Shown here piece after piece: positions 25,738-38,530 of a DNA stretch of 64,000 nucleotides (position 1 is the stretch's first letter; every line of letters starts with the position of its first letter). The translations under genes and the position numbers were made by a program. Origin of the DNA: Octopus sinensis (lineage: Eukaryota); NCBI RefSeq assembly GCF_006345805.1, contig NC_043004.1:106764001-106828000 (forward strand). Direction: 5' to 3'. The notes below the pieces were generated by a model. That model did no database searches. It was given only the letters and a program-made list of their open reading frames with translations, and was not told the origin of the DNA.

Positions 25738-25917
25738 AAATGCTTAGTGGTATATCGCCTGTCACTGCATTCTGAGTTCAAATTCCGTTGAGGTCAACCA
25801 TGCCTTTCATCCTTTCAGGTTCAATAAATTAAGTACCAGTGAAACACTGGGGGCGATGTAATCAATTAGTCCCCTCTTACCAAATTTCAGGCCTTGTGCC
25901 TGTAGTAGAAAGGATTA

Positions 25918-25948
<31 letters not shown>

Positions 25949-25962
25949 TTTTTTATTGCCAG

Positions 25963-26300
25963 TGTTTCTGAAACGAATTCTGCCAGTAGCTTAAAGGAGA
26001 ACACAAACAAGAAGGCAAACCTGTCCCCAGCAGAAGTTCCTCAAAAAGTCACAGAAAACAAGAACCTGTTGGAGCAGGAAGTGAAATATATTGAGTTTCT
26101 CACTGTGTCACAGTTTGATTCCATTCCCAAATACATGAAAGGCCGAGTGACATACAAGCAGGTTAACAATGCCATTGAGGAACTGACTAAATGCTTTGAA
26201 GCCAAGTACAGCATAATGTCTCTCAGGAGAAAAGCTGTTCCAGAGAAGAAGAAGCATATTTATGAAATGTATAAAGCTCAAGAGACTTCTGATACTGAAG
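25963..26300 (+). CDS. SKA1: SKA1 coding exon 3 (linker and start of microtubule-binding domain, IEFLTVSQFDSIPKYMKGRVTY...)
   Basis: gccag acceptor, AAG|gtttga donor, phase 2 to 1. FxSIPxYMKGR is the hallmark SKA1 motif. Confidence 0.93.
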
Positions 26301-27575
26301 GTTTGACCCTTAATTTCTGTCTTTATGCATTATTGTGTCTTGTGTGTGTGTGAATGATCCCTCCTTTCTCATCATTTTTTCTTTCATTGTTTCTGTTTTT
26401 GTTTTTCTGTTTTTTCATACATTCTTTCTTCTTTATTCTCTGTAATTTTACATTCATTTTTCCGGTTTTCCTCCATTCTTTTACCTGTCTATTTTTCATT
26501 GATCTTGGCCAAACCTTGAGATACAAAGTCTAGATCCGTTTATGCCTTCCATTTCATTATCATTGCCATCAATTTAATGTCCACTCTTCCATGCTTGCAT
26601 GGGTCAGACAGAATTTGTTGAGACAGGTTTTCTACAGCCAGGTGCCTTCGCTGTCATCAACTCTCACCTGTTTCCAAGTAATATTTCCCCATAACCAGTC
26701 ATTGTTTTCACAGAATATTGAATATGAAAGACTGTGCTTGCATTACAGTGACACTCATATATCTCATCATCGTTTAACGTACGCTTTCCATGCTAGCATG
26801 GGTTGGACGATTTGACTGAGGACTGGCAAACCAGATGGCTGCACCAGGCTCCAATCTGATCTTGCAGAGTTTCTACTGCTGGATGCCCTTCTTAATGCCA
26901 ACCATTCCAAGAGTGTAGTGGGTGCTTTTACATGCCACTGGCACAATAGCCAGTCAGGCGGTACTGGCAACGACCACGCTCAAATGATGCTTTTTATGTG
27001 CCACCTGCACAGGAGCCAGTCCAGCGGCACTGGCAACAACCTCGCTCGAATGTTTTTTTATGTGCCACCAGCACAAGTACCAGTAAGGCAACGCAGGTAA
27101 CAATTACGCTCAAATGGTGATTTTTACGTGCCCAGCGGCATGGAGGCCAGCTTGTTGCTCTGGCAACGATCACGCTCGTATGGTACTCTTAGTGCTCCAT
27201 TAGCACGGATGCCAGTCATCGAATTTGATTTCACTTGCCTCAACAGATCTTCGTAAGCAGAGTTTAGTGTCCAATGAAGGAAAGGTATGCATAAGTGGAC
27301 TAGTTACACAATGTTATGGTCTCACTTGAGCTTGCCATATTAAGATATATTAAGCACATAGTATGAATGGCTCACAAGCGATTAAAAACCAAAAAGGAAT
27401 TAATAAATAAAGGATGCAAAATAGCACCAGCAATTGCTAAAAGTAAGGGTCAAAAAATTAACTTTGAAAGCCACAAAAAACTCTAACCTCATTACATTTA
27501 CCGGAAGCGGGCACAGCAAACTAAAACTATCTTTCCCTTGTGAGAAAGACTCGCAAAAAGAAATAGCTGGACAAA

Positions 27576-27631
27576 GCTTTATCACATGATTTCGAAATTT
27601 AACCAATACGGTCTTGATTCTCTTCAGAAGC
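27576..27631 (-). ncRNA. Minimal type-I hammerhead ribozyme motif
   Basis: Minus strand: gctt-CTGAAGA-gaa...ttc-GAAA-tcatgtga-TA-aagc. Confidence 0.7.
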
Positions 27632-29107
27632 ATCTACCAACTACACAGAGCTAAAGAATTAGACCTTATTGGTTAAATTTCAAAATCACATGATAAAGCT
27701 TTGTCTAGCTATTTGTTTTTGTGAGTCTTTCTCACAAGGGAAAGATCGTTTTAGTTTGCTGTGCCTGCTTCCGGTAAATGTAATGAGCTTAGTGTTCTTT
27801 GTGGCTTTCAGAGTTAATGATTTGACTCCTATTTTTAGTAATCACTGGTGCTGTTTTGCACCTTATATATATATCATCATCGTTTAACGTCCGTTTTCCA
27901 TGCTAGCATGGGTTACACATATACATACATGCATGACAGGCTTTATTCTGTTTCCACCAAATTCACTCCCAAGCTTTTGGTTGGCCTGGGGCTAGAAGTG
28001 AAGGTGCATGGCTCAGAGGTAGTGACTTCGATTTCCGAACTGGACTGTGTGTTGTGTCCTTGAGCAAGACACTTTATTTCATGTTGCTTCAGTTCATTCA
28101 GCTGTAGAAATGAGTTGCGACATCACTGATGTCAAACTGTGTCAGCGTATTTGCTTTTCCTTTGGAGAAGATGAGTGGCATGGAGAGGAGAGGTTGATAG
28201 GAATGGGCAACTGCTGGCCTTCAACAAACAAACTTGCCCAGACTTGTACCTTGGAGGGGAACTTTCTAGGTGCAGACCCATGGTCATTCAAGACCGAAAG
28301 GAGGTCTTTACCCTTTTATAGTAGAAGACATTTGCCCATGGGGATTGAACCCAGAATTGTATGGTTGAGAAGCAAATTTCTTACCACACAGCCACATGGA
28401 CTACAATATGACTGCCTTCATCTGCATTAAAGTACCATTGTTGCTGTAGTTTCTTTAGCCCCAGACCAGCCCTGATTAAACAAACCTGTAATAAGAATTA
28501 GTCCAGCATTAGGTAGGACCATTACACTTTTTCTTTTTCATCAAGCACTCTATCTTTCTGTATTTAGCACATTAGTGTGTGATTTGAAAAAGATTTGGCT
28601 GTGGTTTCTAGCCAGTCAAGTGACTGCACAGAGTCTCCGTGTAGAAGTGGGAGGTAGCATACAGCCACTTTCAGTTCTGCTTCAGCTGTCCTTCTGGTTG
28701 ATTGAATGAAATATCTGACTGTTGTTTCTAGCCATCCCCCACCACATAGTGTGGTTGTCAAGCCAAAAACAATAGCAAGTTGTTTGAAGAAGCTTTATTA
28801 AATTCTATAAAAGTCAACTGATTTCAAAGACACCTTTCAACCATTGATGATGACAATGCTGCCTTTTCTTTTTTTCTTCCTCCTCTCTCCATTATTTCTA
28901 TCTTTCTTTTTTTCTTTCATTGTTTCTGTTTTTGCTTATTCTTTCTTCTTTATTCTCAGTACTTTTACATTCATTTTTCCAGTTTTCATCCATTCTTTTA
29001 CCTGTCTAGTTTTCACTGTTCTTCCCCCACCTCAAGAGACCAATACTTTTCCTAATGAAATGAAACGGTTGTTGAAGGCTTCATTTTTTCTCTTTTTCTT
29101 TCTACAG

Positions 29108-29262
29108 GTGTGTACTTCATTGTCGACAATGACATGAAAGAGTACAGCAAACTTCGCAGTGATCCGACAACTCGATCCATCCTGGTGATGCTACGGCATG
29201 TTGGTCGAATCAGAGAAATCCGAGGAGGTGGTCTTGTCCGCTATGCTGCCACATTCTACTGA
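29108..29262 (+). CDS. SKA1: SKA1 last coding exon (GVYFIVDNDMKEY...LRHVGRIREIRGGGLVRYAATFY*)
   Basis: Polypyrimidine tract and tacag acceptor, phase 1. The C-terminus matches the SKA1 pattern FIVxxD...LRH.xR..EIRGGGL.RY. Total CDS 825 nt = 274 aa. Confidence 0.93.
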
Positions 29263-31029
29263 CTCTTTTCCTCTCTCTCTCTCTCTCCCTCACACCCACA
29301 CACAATGACTATAATTGTTTCAATTTGTTTATTTTCACTGTTCTCCCCCCCCCACCTCTTTCTCTCCGTCACAAGACACCTGACAACGTGTTTCTGCCGT
29401 AAAAACCAAAAGACCAATACTTTTCCAAATGAAATGAAACGGTAATTAAGAGGTTTGCTTCATGGCCACATGGTTTGTCGTCCAGGCCCACGGGGCAGCA
29501 ACTTGGGCAGGAATTTTCAGTGACAGCCAAATGTTGACTAATTCCTTGTGAGAGTAATATGGAAGCCCATCATGTGTGTGTGAAGGCTGCAGAATCATGA
29601 GTATGCTAGTTAAAAGTTTTAGCATTTCATCCGTGTTCGCGTTCTGAGTTTAGATTCTACCAAGGCCAACTTTGCATTTCGTCCTTTCGGAGTCAGTAGA
29701 ATAAATACCAATTGAGCGCTGGGGTTGACAAAATAAGCACCATTTCAGTGCTGGGGTCAATGTAATCAACTTACCCCCAACTTCTAAATTCCTAGCCTTG
29801 TGCCAGAATTTGGATATGAAAAACTAACAACATCAGTTCTCTTAAGTTAGAGCTGGAAATACACAATGACATCATAAAGAAAGGATATATATATATATAT
29901 ATATTATCAGGTACAGTGGGTTGATTGATAAGTTCACACTGTAACTTAGATGTACAGGGGTGTATATAGCAAGGTGCAGACTTGGTTGTATGATTTTCGA
30001 AGCTTGTGTCTCAAACATGTGGTTCATTCCCATTTCACAGCACCTTGGGTGTCTTCTACTGTAGCTCAGGGCTCACCAAAGTCTTGTGTGTGGATGTGGT
30101 AAATGGAAACTGAAAGAAGCCCAGTGTATGTATATATATATTTATACATATACACATGTATGTATATTTTACTCATTTACTTGTTCAGTCATTTTGACTG
30201 TGACCATTATGGAGCACCGCCTTTTATTCTTTGTAAGCCTAGTACTTATTCTATCGTTTTTTTTTTTTGCCGAACTGCTAAGTTACGGGGATGTAAACAC
30301 ACCAGCATCAGTTGTCAAGCAATGTTGGGGGGACAAACACAGACACACAAACATACACATCATCATCATCATTTAGCGTCCGCTTTCCATGCTAACATGA
30401 GTTGGACAACGGAATAAGTCGAATATATCGACCCCTGTGCATAACTGATACTTATTTAATCAATCCCGAAAGGATGAAAGGCAAAGTCGACCTTGGCAGA
30501 AATCGCCACTCGACCTCCCACTTCCCTTCACCACAACCCTAGATGCATATACACTAGCGCCTGAATTATAGCGATCCCACTTTTTGATTCAAACTGTTGC
30601 TGTCAACTTCATCCGAAAAATGAATTCCAGCTAAGCAATATTAATTTAATTCAGCCCGTACCTACCAGAAATATTTCTGTGCAATTGATTGATCTTTAGT
30701 TACCCCTGTTTATCTCTATTATATTATGACTTTGTCTATTTCAGCCTCACGCCTCGTGTTATATATACATATAATTCTATAGTTCATCTCAATATATCGA
30801 TGTCTCATGTCTTGTGTTAAATATATATATAATCCTATAGCTCGCCCCCTAATTTTATCGATCAGCCTCACGTCTCGTTAAATATATAATGAATATATTT
30901 ATAATTTTATAGCTCCTTACTTATCGATGTCCGAGATAAATTTAGCTCACGTATTTCCCATAAATCTGCAAAATATCTCTCTCTCAAATTTAGGTATTTT
31001 ATACCTACTAATAAGTATTCCTTTTCCAA

Positions 31030-32966
31030 GAAATGAGTGGCGCCCCTACATGGCTGCTAGTTTTCGCGGTGCACCCGCCCTACCACCCCCTCCACCGGTA
31101 CAGGAAGTCCTAAATTTTCTCATCCTTGTCTCCCATGTACACTTCAAAGTCTTACGCCACCCCCACCTCCTTCCATAAAAGGTAGTGGTCATTCATTGCA
31201 AGATATGTTAGTGTAGTGTACGCGGTTTGAACTTGAATTTTATTGTTTGTCTATGGATCCTGCCAAACGCGAGTTTTCTTTTCAGGTTCATGAAGCTACT
31301 AGGGCCAATACCTCCCACACCCTCAGGGTTGGCACACTGAAAGGCAGATCTGGCGAGATCATTCAATTGCTTGAACGGAGGTGTGTTGATATATGCTGCA
31401 TTCAAGAAGTGAGGTGGAGAGGAAGTTCTGCTAGGTTCCTCACAGGCAAAGGACAGAGGTACGAGATTTTCTGGGCTGGGAATACTGACGGGGTCGGGAG
31501 TGTGTGTATACTTATCGCCGATAAATGGGTAGATAAGGTAATCGAGGTAGTCAGAGTATGTGACAGAATACTTAAGATTAGATTAGTGCTTCATCATAGT
31601 TTAGCAACTATTATATCGGCCTATGCCCCTCAGCCAGGGCTACCCGATGGACAGAAAGACCGTTTCTATGACACCCTACTGCATACCACCTCATTGACGA
31701 ACAACAGGGACCTTCTCTTTGTGGCTGGTGACTTCAATGGGCATGTTGGACGACATGCTGGGGGCTTCCATGGCGTACATGGAGGCTACGGTTATAGTTC
31801 CCACGACAAGGAGGGAACCAGACTGCTGGAGTTCTTCAATGCAAATAGTCTTATGGTTTGCAACACTAACTTAAGGAAACCAACAAGCCACCTGGTCACC
31901 TACCGATCGGGCTGGCATACTAGCCAAATTGACTACATCCTTGCCAGAAAAAGGGAAAGATGGCTGCTTATAAATGCCAAAACATTCCCAGGCGAAGAAT
32001 GTACTCCACAACATAGACTGGTAGTTAGTGACTTTAGGATCAGGACTAAGAGGACGACTAGAAGACGACCAACATGGAGAAGAAGGGTCTGGAAGCTTAA
32101 AGACCCTGCGAATGGACAGAGATTTAGAGACATGTTACTTGAAGCCTTTGACGAAATAGAAGTGGGTATAGCTACACATGGGGTAGAAGACAACTGGACG
32201 TTTCTAAGGGACAACCTGCTGAAAGCCACTGACCAGATCTGTGGCTGGTGCAAAGTCCCCTCAAGACCCAAAATAACGTGGTGGTGGAACAATATTGTTG
32301 ACAGGGCTATTAGACAAAAGAAACAGGCTTGGAAGAAAGGTGGTAGCAGGGAAGTGTATCAGACTGCCAGAAGGGAAGCTAGGAGGCAGGTGTATTTAGC
32401 CAGAGGGGAAGCAGATAAGAAAAAATTTGCCAATATTCTGCGCTGTGAGGATGAAAGACTTGAGGTATTTCGTGTTGCAAGACAGTGTGTGAGAGAGAAA
32501 TGTGTTCGCAAGGATGACGGTTCACTTGTGCTAAATGAGGATGCAAAGAGAGAGGTTTGGAGACGCCACTATGAAAGGTTGCTAAATGAGGAAAATGAAT
32601 GGGATAAAGAGAGTCTGCCGAATGTCGACCCAACAGAGGGACCAGCAATCCGAGTTGACAGTTCCTTAGTAGTTAAGGCAATTACAAGCATGAAGACAGG
32701 GAAAGCCCCAGGCCCATCAGGAATTACTGCAGAGATGCTCAAAATATCTGGTAGTGTCGGCTATAGCCTAGTCACCCGTATAGTTAACCAGGTGATACAC
32801 GAAGGAGTCATACCCAATGACTGGTGTAGCAGCATAATAGTCAACTGCTACAAAGGTAAAGGTGACGCCCTAGATACAAATAACTACAGGGGTATCAAGC
32901 TGCTGGATCAGGTAATGAAGGTTACGGAGAGGGTTATAGCCCAACTAATTAGAGAGAGAGTTAGCT
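31030..32966 (+). mobile_element. RTE-clade LINE 5' half (putative 5' UTR, APE endonuclease, start of RT), 3'-truncated
   Basis: Uninterrupted ORF 31247-~32966: CIQEVRW, AYAPQ, GDFNGHVG, QIDYIL, QHRLVV, KAPGPSG, NYRGIKLL. Confidence 0.9.
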
Positions 32967-33912
32967 TTGTGTTTGTGTGTGTGTACATATATATGTTTGT
33001 GTGAGTGTGTACATATATGTTTGTGTGTGTGTGTACATATATGTTTGTGTGAGTGTGTACATATATATGTTTGTGTGTGTGTGTACATATATGTTTGTGT
33101 GAGTGTACATATGTATGTTTCTGTGTGTGTACATATATGTTTGTGCGAGTGTGTACATATGTTTGTGTGTGTGTACATATATATGTTTGTGTGAGTGTGT
33201 ACATATGTTTGTGTGAGTGTGTACATATATGTTTGTGTGAGTGTGTACATATATGTTTGTGTGAGTGTGTACATATGTGTGTGTGTGTGTACATATATGT
33301 TTGTGTGAGTGTGTACATATATATGTTTGTGTGTGTGTGTACATATATGTTTGTGTGAGTGTGTACATATGTGTGTGTGTGTGTACATATATGTTTGTGT
33401 GAGTGTGTACATATATATGTTTGTGTGTGTGTGTACATATATGTTTGTGTGAGTGTGTACATATATGTTTGTGTGTGTGTGTAAATATATGTTTGTGTGA
33501 GTGTGTACAGTGTACATATATCTTTGTGTGTGAGTGTGTACATATATATATTTGTGTGAGTGTGTACATATATATTGTGTGTGTGTGTGCGCGTGTGTGT
33601 ACATATATATGTGTGTGTGTGTACATATATGTTTGTGTGAGTGTGTACATATGTATGTTTGTGTGAGTGTGTACATATGTATGTTTGTGTGAGTGTGTAC
33701 ATACATATGTTTGTGTGAGTGTGTACATATACATGTTTGTGTGTGTGTGTACATATATGTTTGTGTGTGTGTGTACATATATGTTTGTGTGAGTGTGTAC
33801 ATATATATGTTTGTGTGTGTGTACATATGTATGTTTGTGTGTGTGTGTACATATGTATGTTTGTGTGAGTGTGTACATGTACATATATGTTTGTGTGAGT
33901 GTGTACATATGT
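32967..33912. repeat. Minisatellite, ~22-26 bp unit (GTTTGTGTGAGTGTGTACATATAT)
   Basis: About 40 variant units visible directly. Source of the spurious HT/YT-rich ORFs. Confidence 0.95.
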
Positions 33913-34046
33913 AGATGTGAACGCAGGAGATTTGTGTCTATGTATTGTGAGAATGTGGTTACAGGTATTTTTTTTTCTTTTTTTCTTTTTCCATCTATTC
34001 CCTTTTATTTAACGTGTTTTTTTTTTCATAGTGACTGTTGCCATTA

Positions 34047-34313
34047 ATAGCCAACGAGAATGTATCTTAGCACTCCGACATTTGAAATTCTGAGTACTAT
34101 AATGACAACTTTTGCTGTTTGTTCTAAAATATATATAAATAATCCTCTATTTCTCCAATATCGAGGTCTCATTCATTTGTTCTTACATTTTGTTATTATT
34201 AAATTACCTGCCGTACACCACAGCATTTTCTCTTAGAGGCTAATACAGCTTGTATTGAATATATGCTATTAATCGGTTGAGGACTTTCTCTCACAGAAGA
34301 ATCTAATATGGAT
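34047..34313 (+). mobile_element. PLE pseudo-LTR/5' UTR fragment related to the 11068 element
   Basis: 34130-34313 aligns by eye to 11120-11303 (gaggtctc...gctaatac...ttgaggact...cacagaagaatYtaatATGGAT). Confidence 0.7.
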
Positions 34314-34928
34314 CCATTCCTGCATTTGAATAGCCATTCAATAGAGTCATTATTGATTGTGTTGGCCCATTGCCAAAAACTAAGTCCGGAAATCAGTATC
34401 TGTTGACAATTATGTGTGCGTCAACGAGGTTCCCTGAGGCTATCCCATTGAGGAAGATCACATCTCCTGTGATAGTTAAGGCTTTGATCAAGTTTTTCAC
34501 TATGGTTGGTTTGCCTAAAGAGGTTCAGTCTGATCATGGGTCTAATTTCATGTCAAGTTTGTTTCAACAGGCAAAGTATGAGTTGGGAATTAGGTTAAGT
34601 CTAGTGCTTACCATCCGGAGTCCCAAGGGGCTTTGGAAAGATTTCCTCAGACTCTTAATAACATGACCAGAGTCTATTGCTTTGAAACAGAGAAAGAATG
34701 AGATGAAAGCATTCAGTTGTTGTTGTTTGCCGTTAGGGAGTCAGTTCAGGAGTCATTAGGATTTAGTCCCTTTGAGTTAGCTTTTGGTCACACTTTCAGG
34801 GGCCCACTCAAACGCTTGAAAGAATTATGGCTTAATGACCAACCCCAATTGAACTTGCTTGACTGTGGGTCTACTTTTCGAAATAGACTTTCCAAAGCTA
34901 CTGAGGTTGCCAGAGAAAATTTGAAAAT
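34314..34928 (+). mobile_element. Ty3/Gypsy integrase fragment (pseudogenised)
   Basis: PFNRVIIDCVGPLPKTKSGNQYLLTIMC..TRFPEAIPL, QSDHGSNF, AYHPESQGALERF, LLFAVRESVQESLGFSPFEL. Stops and frameshifts. Confidence 0.88.
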
Positions 34929-36791
34929 GTGCATGTATATATATATATATATATATACATGTATAAGTATGCATATATAAGTACATGTGCGGAGGTTTGA
35001 CTGTTTAAATGTGGTGCAGATACATGTGTGTATGTATATGCAAATATTTGTACTTTTATGTGTGTGTACATGTGCAAGTGTTTATGTATGTGTGTATATA
35101 TATACATACATACACACACATATTCTTATATAGATATGTATACGTGTATGTATATATGTGGGTGTATATCTGTAAATGTATATGTATGTATATATGGATA
35201 TTTAAGTATGTATGTATATGTATAAACGTGTGTGTGTGTGTATACGTGTATGTATATGTACATGAATGTATATGTGTGCGTACATACAAAAGAATAAAAA
35301 GTCAAGAGACAAATTTATTAGAATGTATATGTGTGTGTTTATGTGTATATACACCATTCCACCTGTGACAACTAAATAGGTGACCACCACACAGATCAAC
35401 TTTTGACAAGAACACCATACCGGTCATTCTTAAACCTTCCCCCACCCCGCTCTTCTCAATTACTATTAATCTTATTTTATATTCTTTTACTTGTTTCAGT
35501 CATTTGACTGTGGCCATGTTGGAGCACTGCCTTTAGTAGAGCAAATCGACCCCGGGACTTGTTCTTTGTAAGCCCAGTACTTATTCTATCGGTTTCTTGC
35601 CGAACCGCTAAGTGACGGGGACGTAAACACACCAGCCTCGGTTGTCAAGCAATGCTAGGGGGACAAACACAGACATGCAAACACACACGTGTACATATAT
35701 ACGACAGGCTTCTTTCAGTTTCCGTCTACCAAATCCACTCACAAGGCTTTGGTCGGCCCGGGGCTATAGCAGAAGACACTTGCCCAAGATGCCACGCAGT
35801 GGGACTGAACCCGGAGCCATGTGGTTGGTTAGCAAGCTACTTACCACACAGCCTCATTTTAATTTTATTTATATATATATATTTATTTTTTCTTGATTTC
35901 ATTTACTTTTTTCTCCCTCCTTCCCCGCCTTCTTTCTTCCTTCCTTTTGTTGTTGTTGTTCTTCTTCTTCACACATGTTTTTGTATTCTTTATATACATA
36001 CATACACGCATATTTGTGCGTGTGTGTGTGTTCGTTTATTTTGTTTCAGTCATTTCACTACAGCCATGCTGGAGCACCATCTTTAGTCGAACGAGTCGCC
36101 CTCAGGACTTATTCTTTGTAACCCTAGTACTTATTTTATAGGGTTCTTTTGCCAAACTGCTAAGTTACAGGGACATAAACACACCAACATTGGTCGCCAA
36201 GCAATGGTGGGGGTACAAACACTGACACACAAATGTACACACACACACATATCTATCTATCTATATATATATATGACAGGCTTCTTTCAGTTTCCGTCTA
36301 CCAAATCCACTCAAGGCTTTGGTCGGCCTAAGGCTATAGTAGAAGACATTTGCCCAAGGTGACATGCTGTGAGACTGAACCCAGAACCATGTGGTTAGGA
36401 AGGAAGCTTCTTTTTGTTGCTCTCAAGTTCCTGTGTGGCAAGCTTCTTACCACACAGCTACACTTGTGCTGATATATATTTTATTTTTATATTTTTATTT
36501 ATTTACTTTTTTCTACGTATATTCTTTTGTGTTTATACTTGTAAGAAAACTTCTGCCATTGATGCAACCAGTAAAACACACATTTTACAGTTTCAAAATA
36601 GCAAGATGAAGCTTGAAACTCATATCAGAGTAACTCACTGTAAACATTATTATTAAGATTAAAATAAAAACTATCTCCTCAAAAAAGCCATCTCTACTCA
36701 TTCTTTCAAATACATACATATGCATGTATATGTATGTAAACTTATGTATGTATAATTATGTGTTATATATATATATATATATATATATATA

Positions 36792-37676
36792 CTAGCAGCT
36801 AAGCCCGGTTTCTCCCGGTCTGTTTGGATGATGTGGCTGTGATCGTTTTCGGTTAGGCATAATCTATAACACCGTTTCTCAACCTTATCATTTCGGGTCC
36901 CCTGTTTCGATTGGAGCCTCCAGCTGTATGAAAATTTCCTGACTCCCCCACCTTGTCAGAAAACAGCTTCAGGAGTTGTGAATAACGAATTTGTACATAG
37001 TCTGTTTCTGAGAGCTATTCTATTGGACCTCTGTCTAATCATTAAAACATTGATTTAATTATGAACATAGAAAGAATCCCTATTTTTGTAAGCAATTGTA
37101 TTTGTAAAAATTTTATTCACAAAGAGCAGAAATCGAAAGAAGTTATATGAAATGGACGTGTGTGTGTGCTCGTCTTATAAAATTTTTATGATAGTTGATT
37201 TATAGAAAAGATTGTTAAATTTTTGAAATGCAAATATATGAATGAAAATTAAGTTCAGACCTCTACATGGTAGCTAGACCTGGTAGAAATAGCAACCAAA
37301 TCTCCCTACTATCTTAATCTGACAATTCTGCCTATTATGTAGTTTGAATGAGAAACTGTAACTAAAGATTAAGATTATTAACCCCACAAAGAGGTGAAAG
37401 AAGCGAGACAGCATAGCGAAAGTTTTGGCTGGCTGTCATCCTGTACTCCCCTTGTTGCTAGCGAAATAGTATGTGCCGGCTGTGTGAGCAACTGGTTGTT
37501 TTAATGGCAGAACAAACATGGGAATTTCATTAGAAAAAAATACAAATCGCATTCCAATCTATGCACCCATCTCCACATATATGCCATTTTTCACGCGAAT
37601 CCACCCAGCCGTTTGGCTGTGAACCTCAAGACAAGAAAGAATACAACGATCGCCCATGTCCAATTTATATTATAGA
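36792..37676 (-). mobile_element. Non-autonomous Helitron-like element (885 bp)
   Basis: On -, starts A|TCTATAATATAAA and ends with a CCGG-gagaaa-CCGG hairpin then CTAG|T. Inserted between A and T with no TSD. Confidence 0.7.
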
Positions 37677-38187
37677 TTTATGTATTCTTTTACTTGTTTC
37701 AGTTATTTGAGTGCAGCCATGCTGGAGCACCACCTTTAATGATTCTGGTCAAACAAATCGACCCCAGAACTTATTCTTTGTAAGCCTAGTACTTATTCTC
37801 TCACCCTTTTTTGATGAACTGCTAAGTTGCGGGGACAAAAACACAGCAACACTGGTTGTCAAGTGATGATAGGGGACAAACAGACACAAAGACACATATG
37901 CATGAATATATATACACACACAACAGGCTTCTTTCAGATTCCATCAACCATATCCACTGACAAGGTACCATACAGTGGGACTGAACCTGGGACCATGTGG
38001 TTAGGAAGCAAGCTTCTTACCACACTGCCATGTCCATGTATATATGTGTGTGTGTGTATATACCTATGTGTCTGTATACATGTATGTATATATGTGTGTA
38101 TATACTTATGTATGTATATAGACAAATGTATATGTCTGTTTATATATATAAATGTATATATGTATGTTTGTTTTTTTTCCCTTTATT

Positions 38188-38530
38188 TGATTAACTCTGA
38201 CAAGATCCAGAATGAAGGGGTCCTGCAGCTTGCTGGTCTACCTCCTCTGCTGGATAGATTCATTGATAGAAATTTACATTGGTTGGGACACATTCACAGG
38301 ATGGACAACAGCAGACAACTCCATTACTCCCAACTATGTGGAGGGTGTGGGGGAAAGATTCCATGGAAGACCTACACTGAGATTCAAGGATACTGCAAAA
38401 AGGAACATGGAATGGAAAGGAATTGATCCTAATAAATGGCAGGTTCAAGTGAAAAACTGACCAGGATAAAGAAAGCTTATCAAGTCCTGCCAAAGCTACA
38501 AGCAGTCAGGATCATGATGACTAACTACAG
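38188..38530 (+). mobile_element. Short RTE-like 3' fragment; a second copy lies at 20385-20700
   Basis: LHWLGHIHRMD and GRPTLRFKD remnants. The two copies align by eye. Confidence 0.6.

Noticed and set aside
32908-33908. ~300-aa HT/YT-rich ORFs, and a regular array that could be mistaken for CRISPR
   Set aside because: Minisatellite lacking stop codons, with no unique spacers and no cas genes, in a eukaryotic context.
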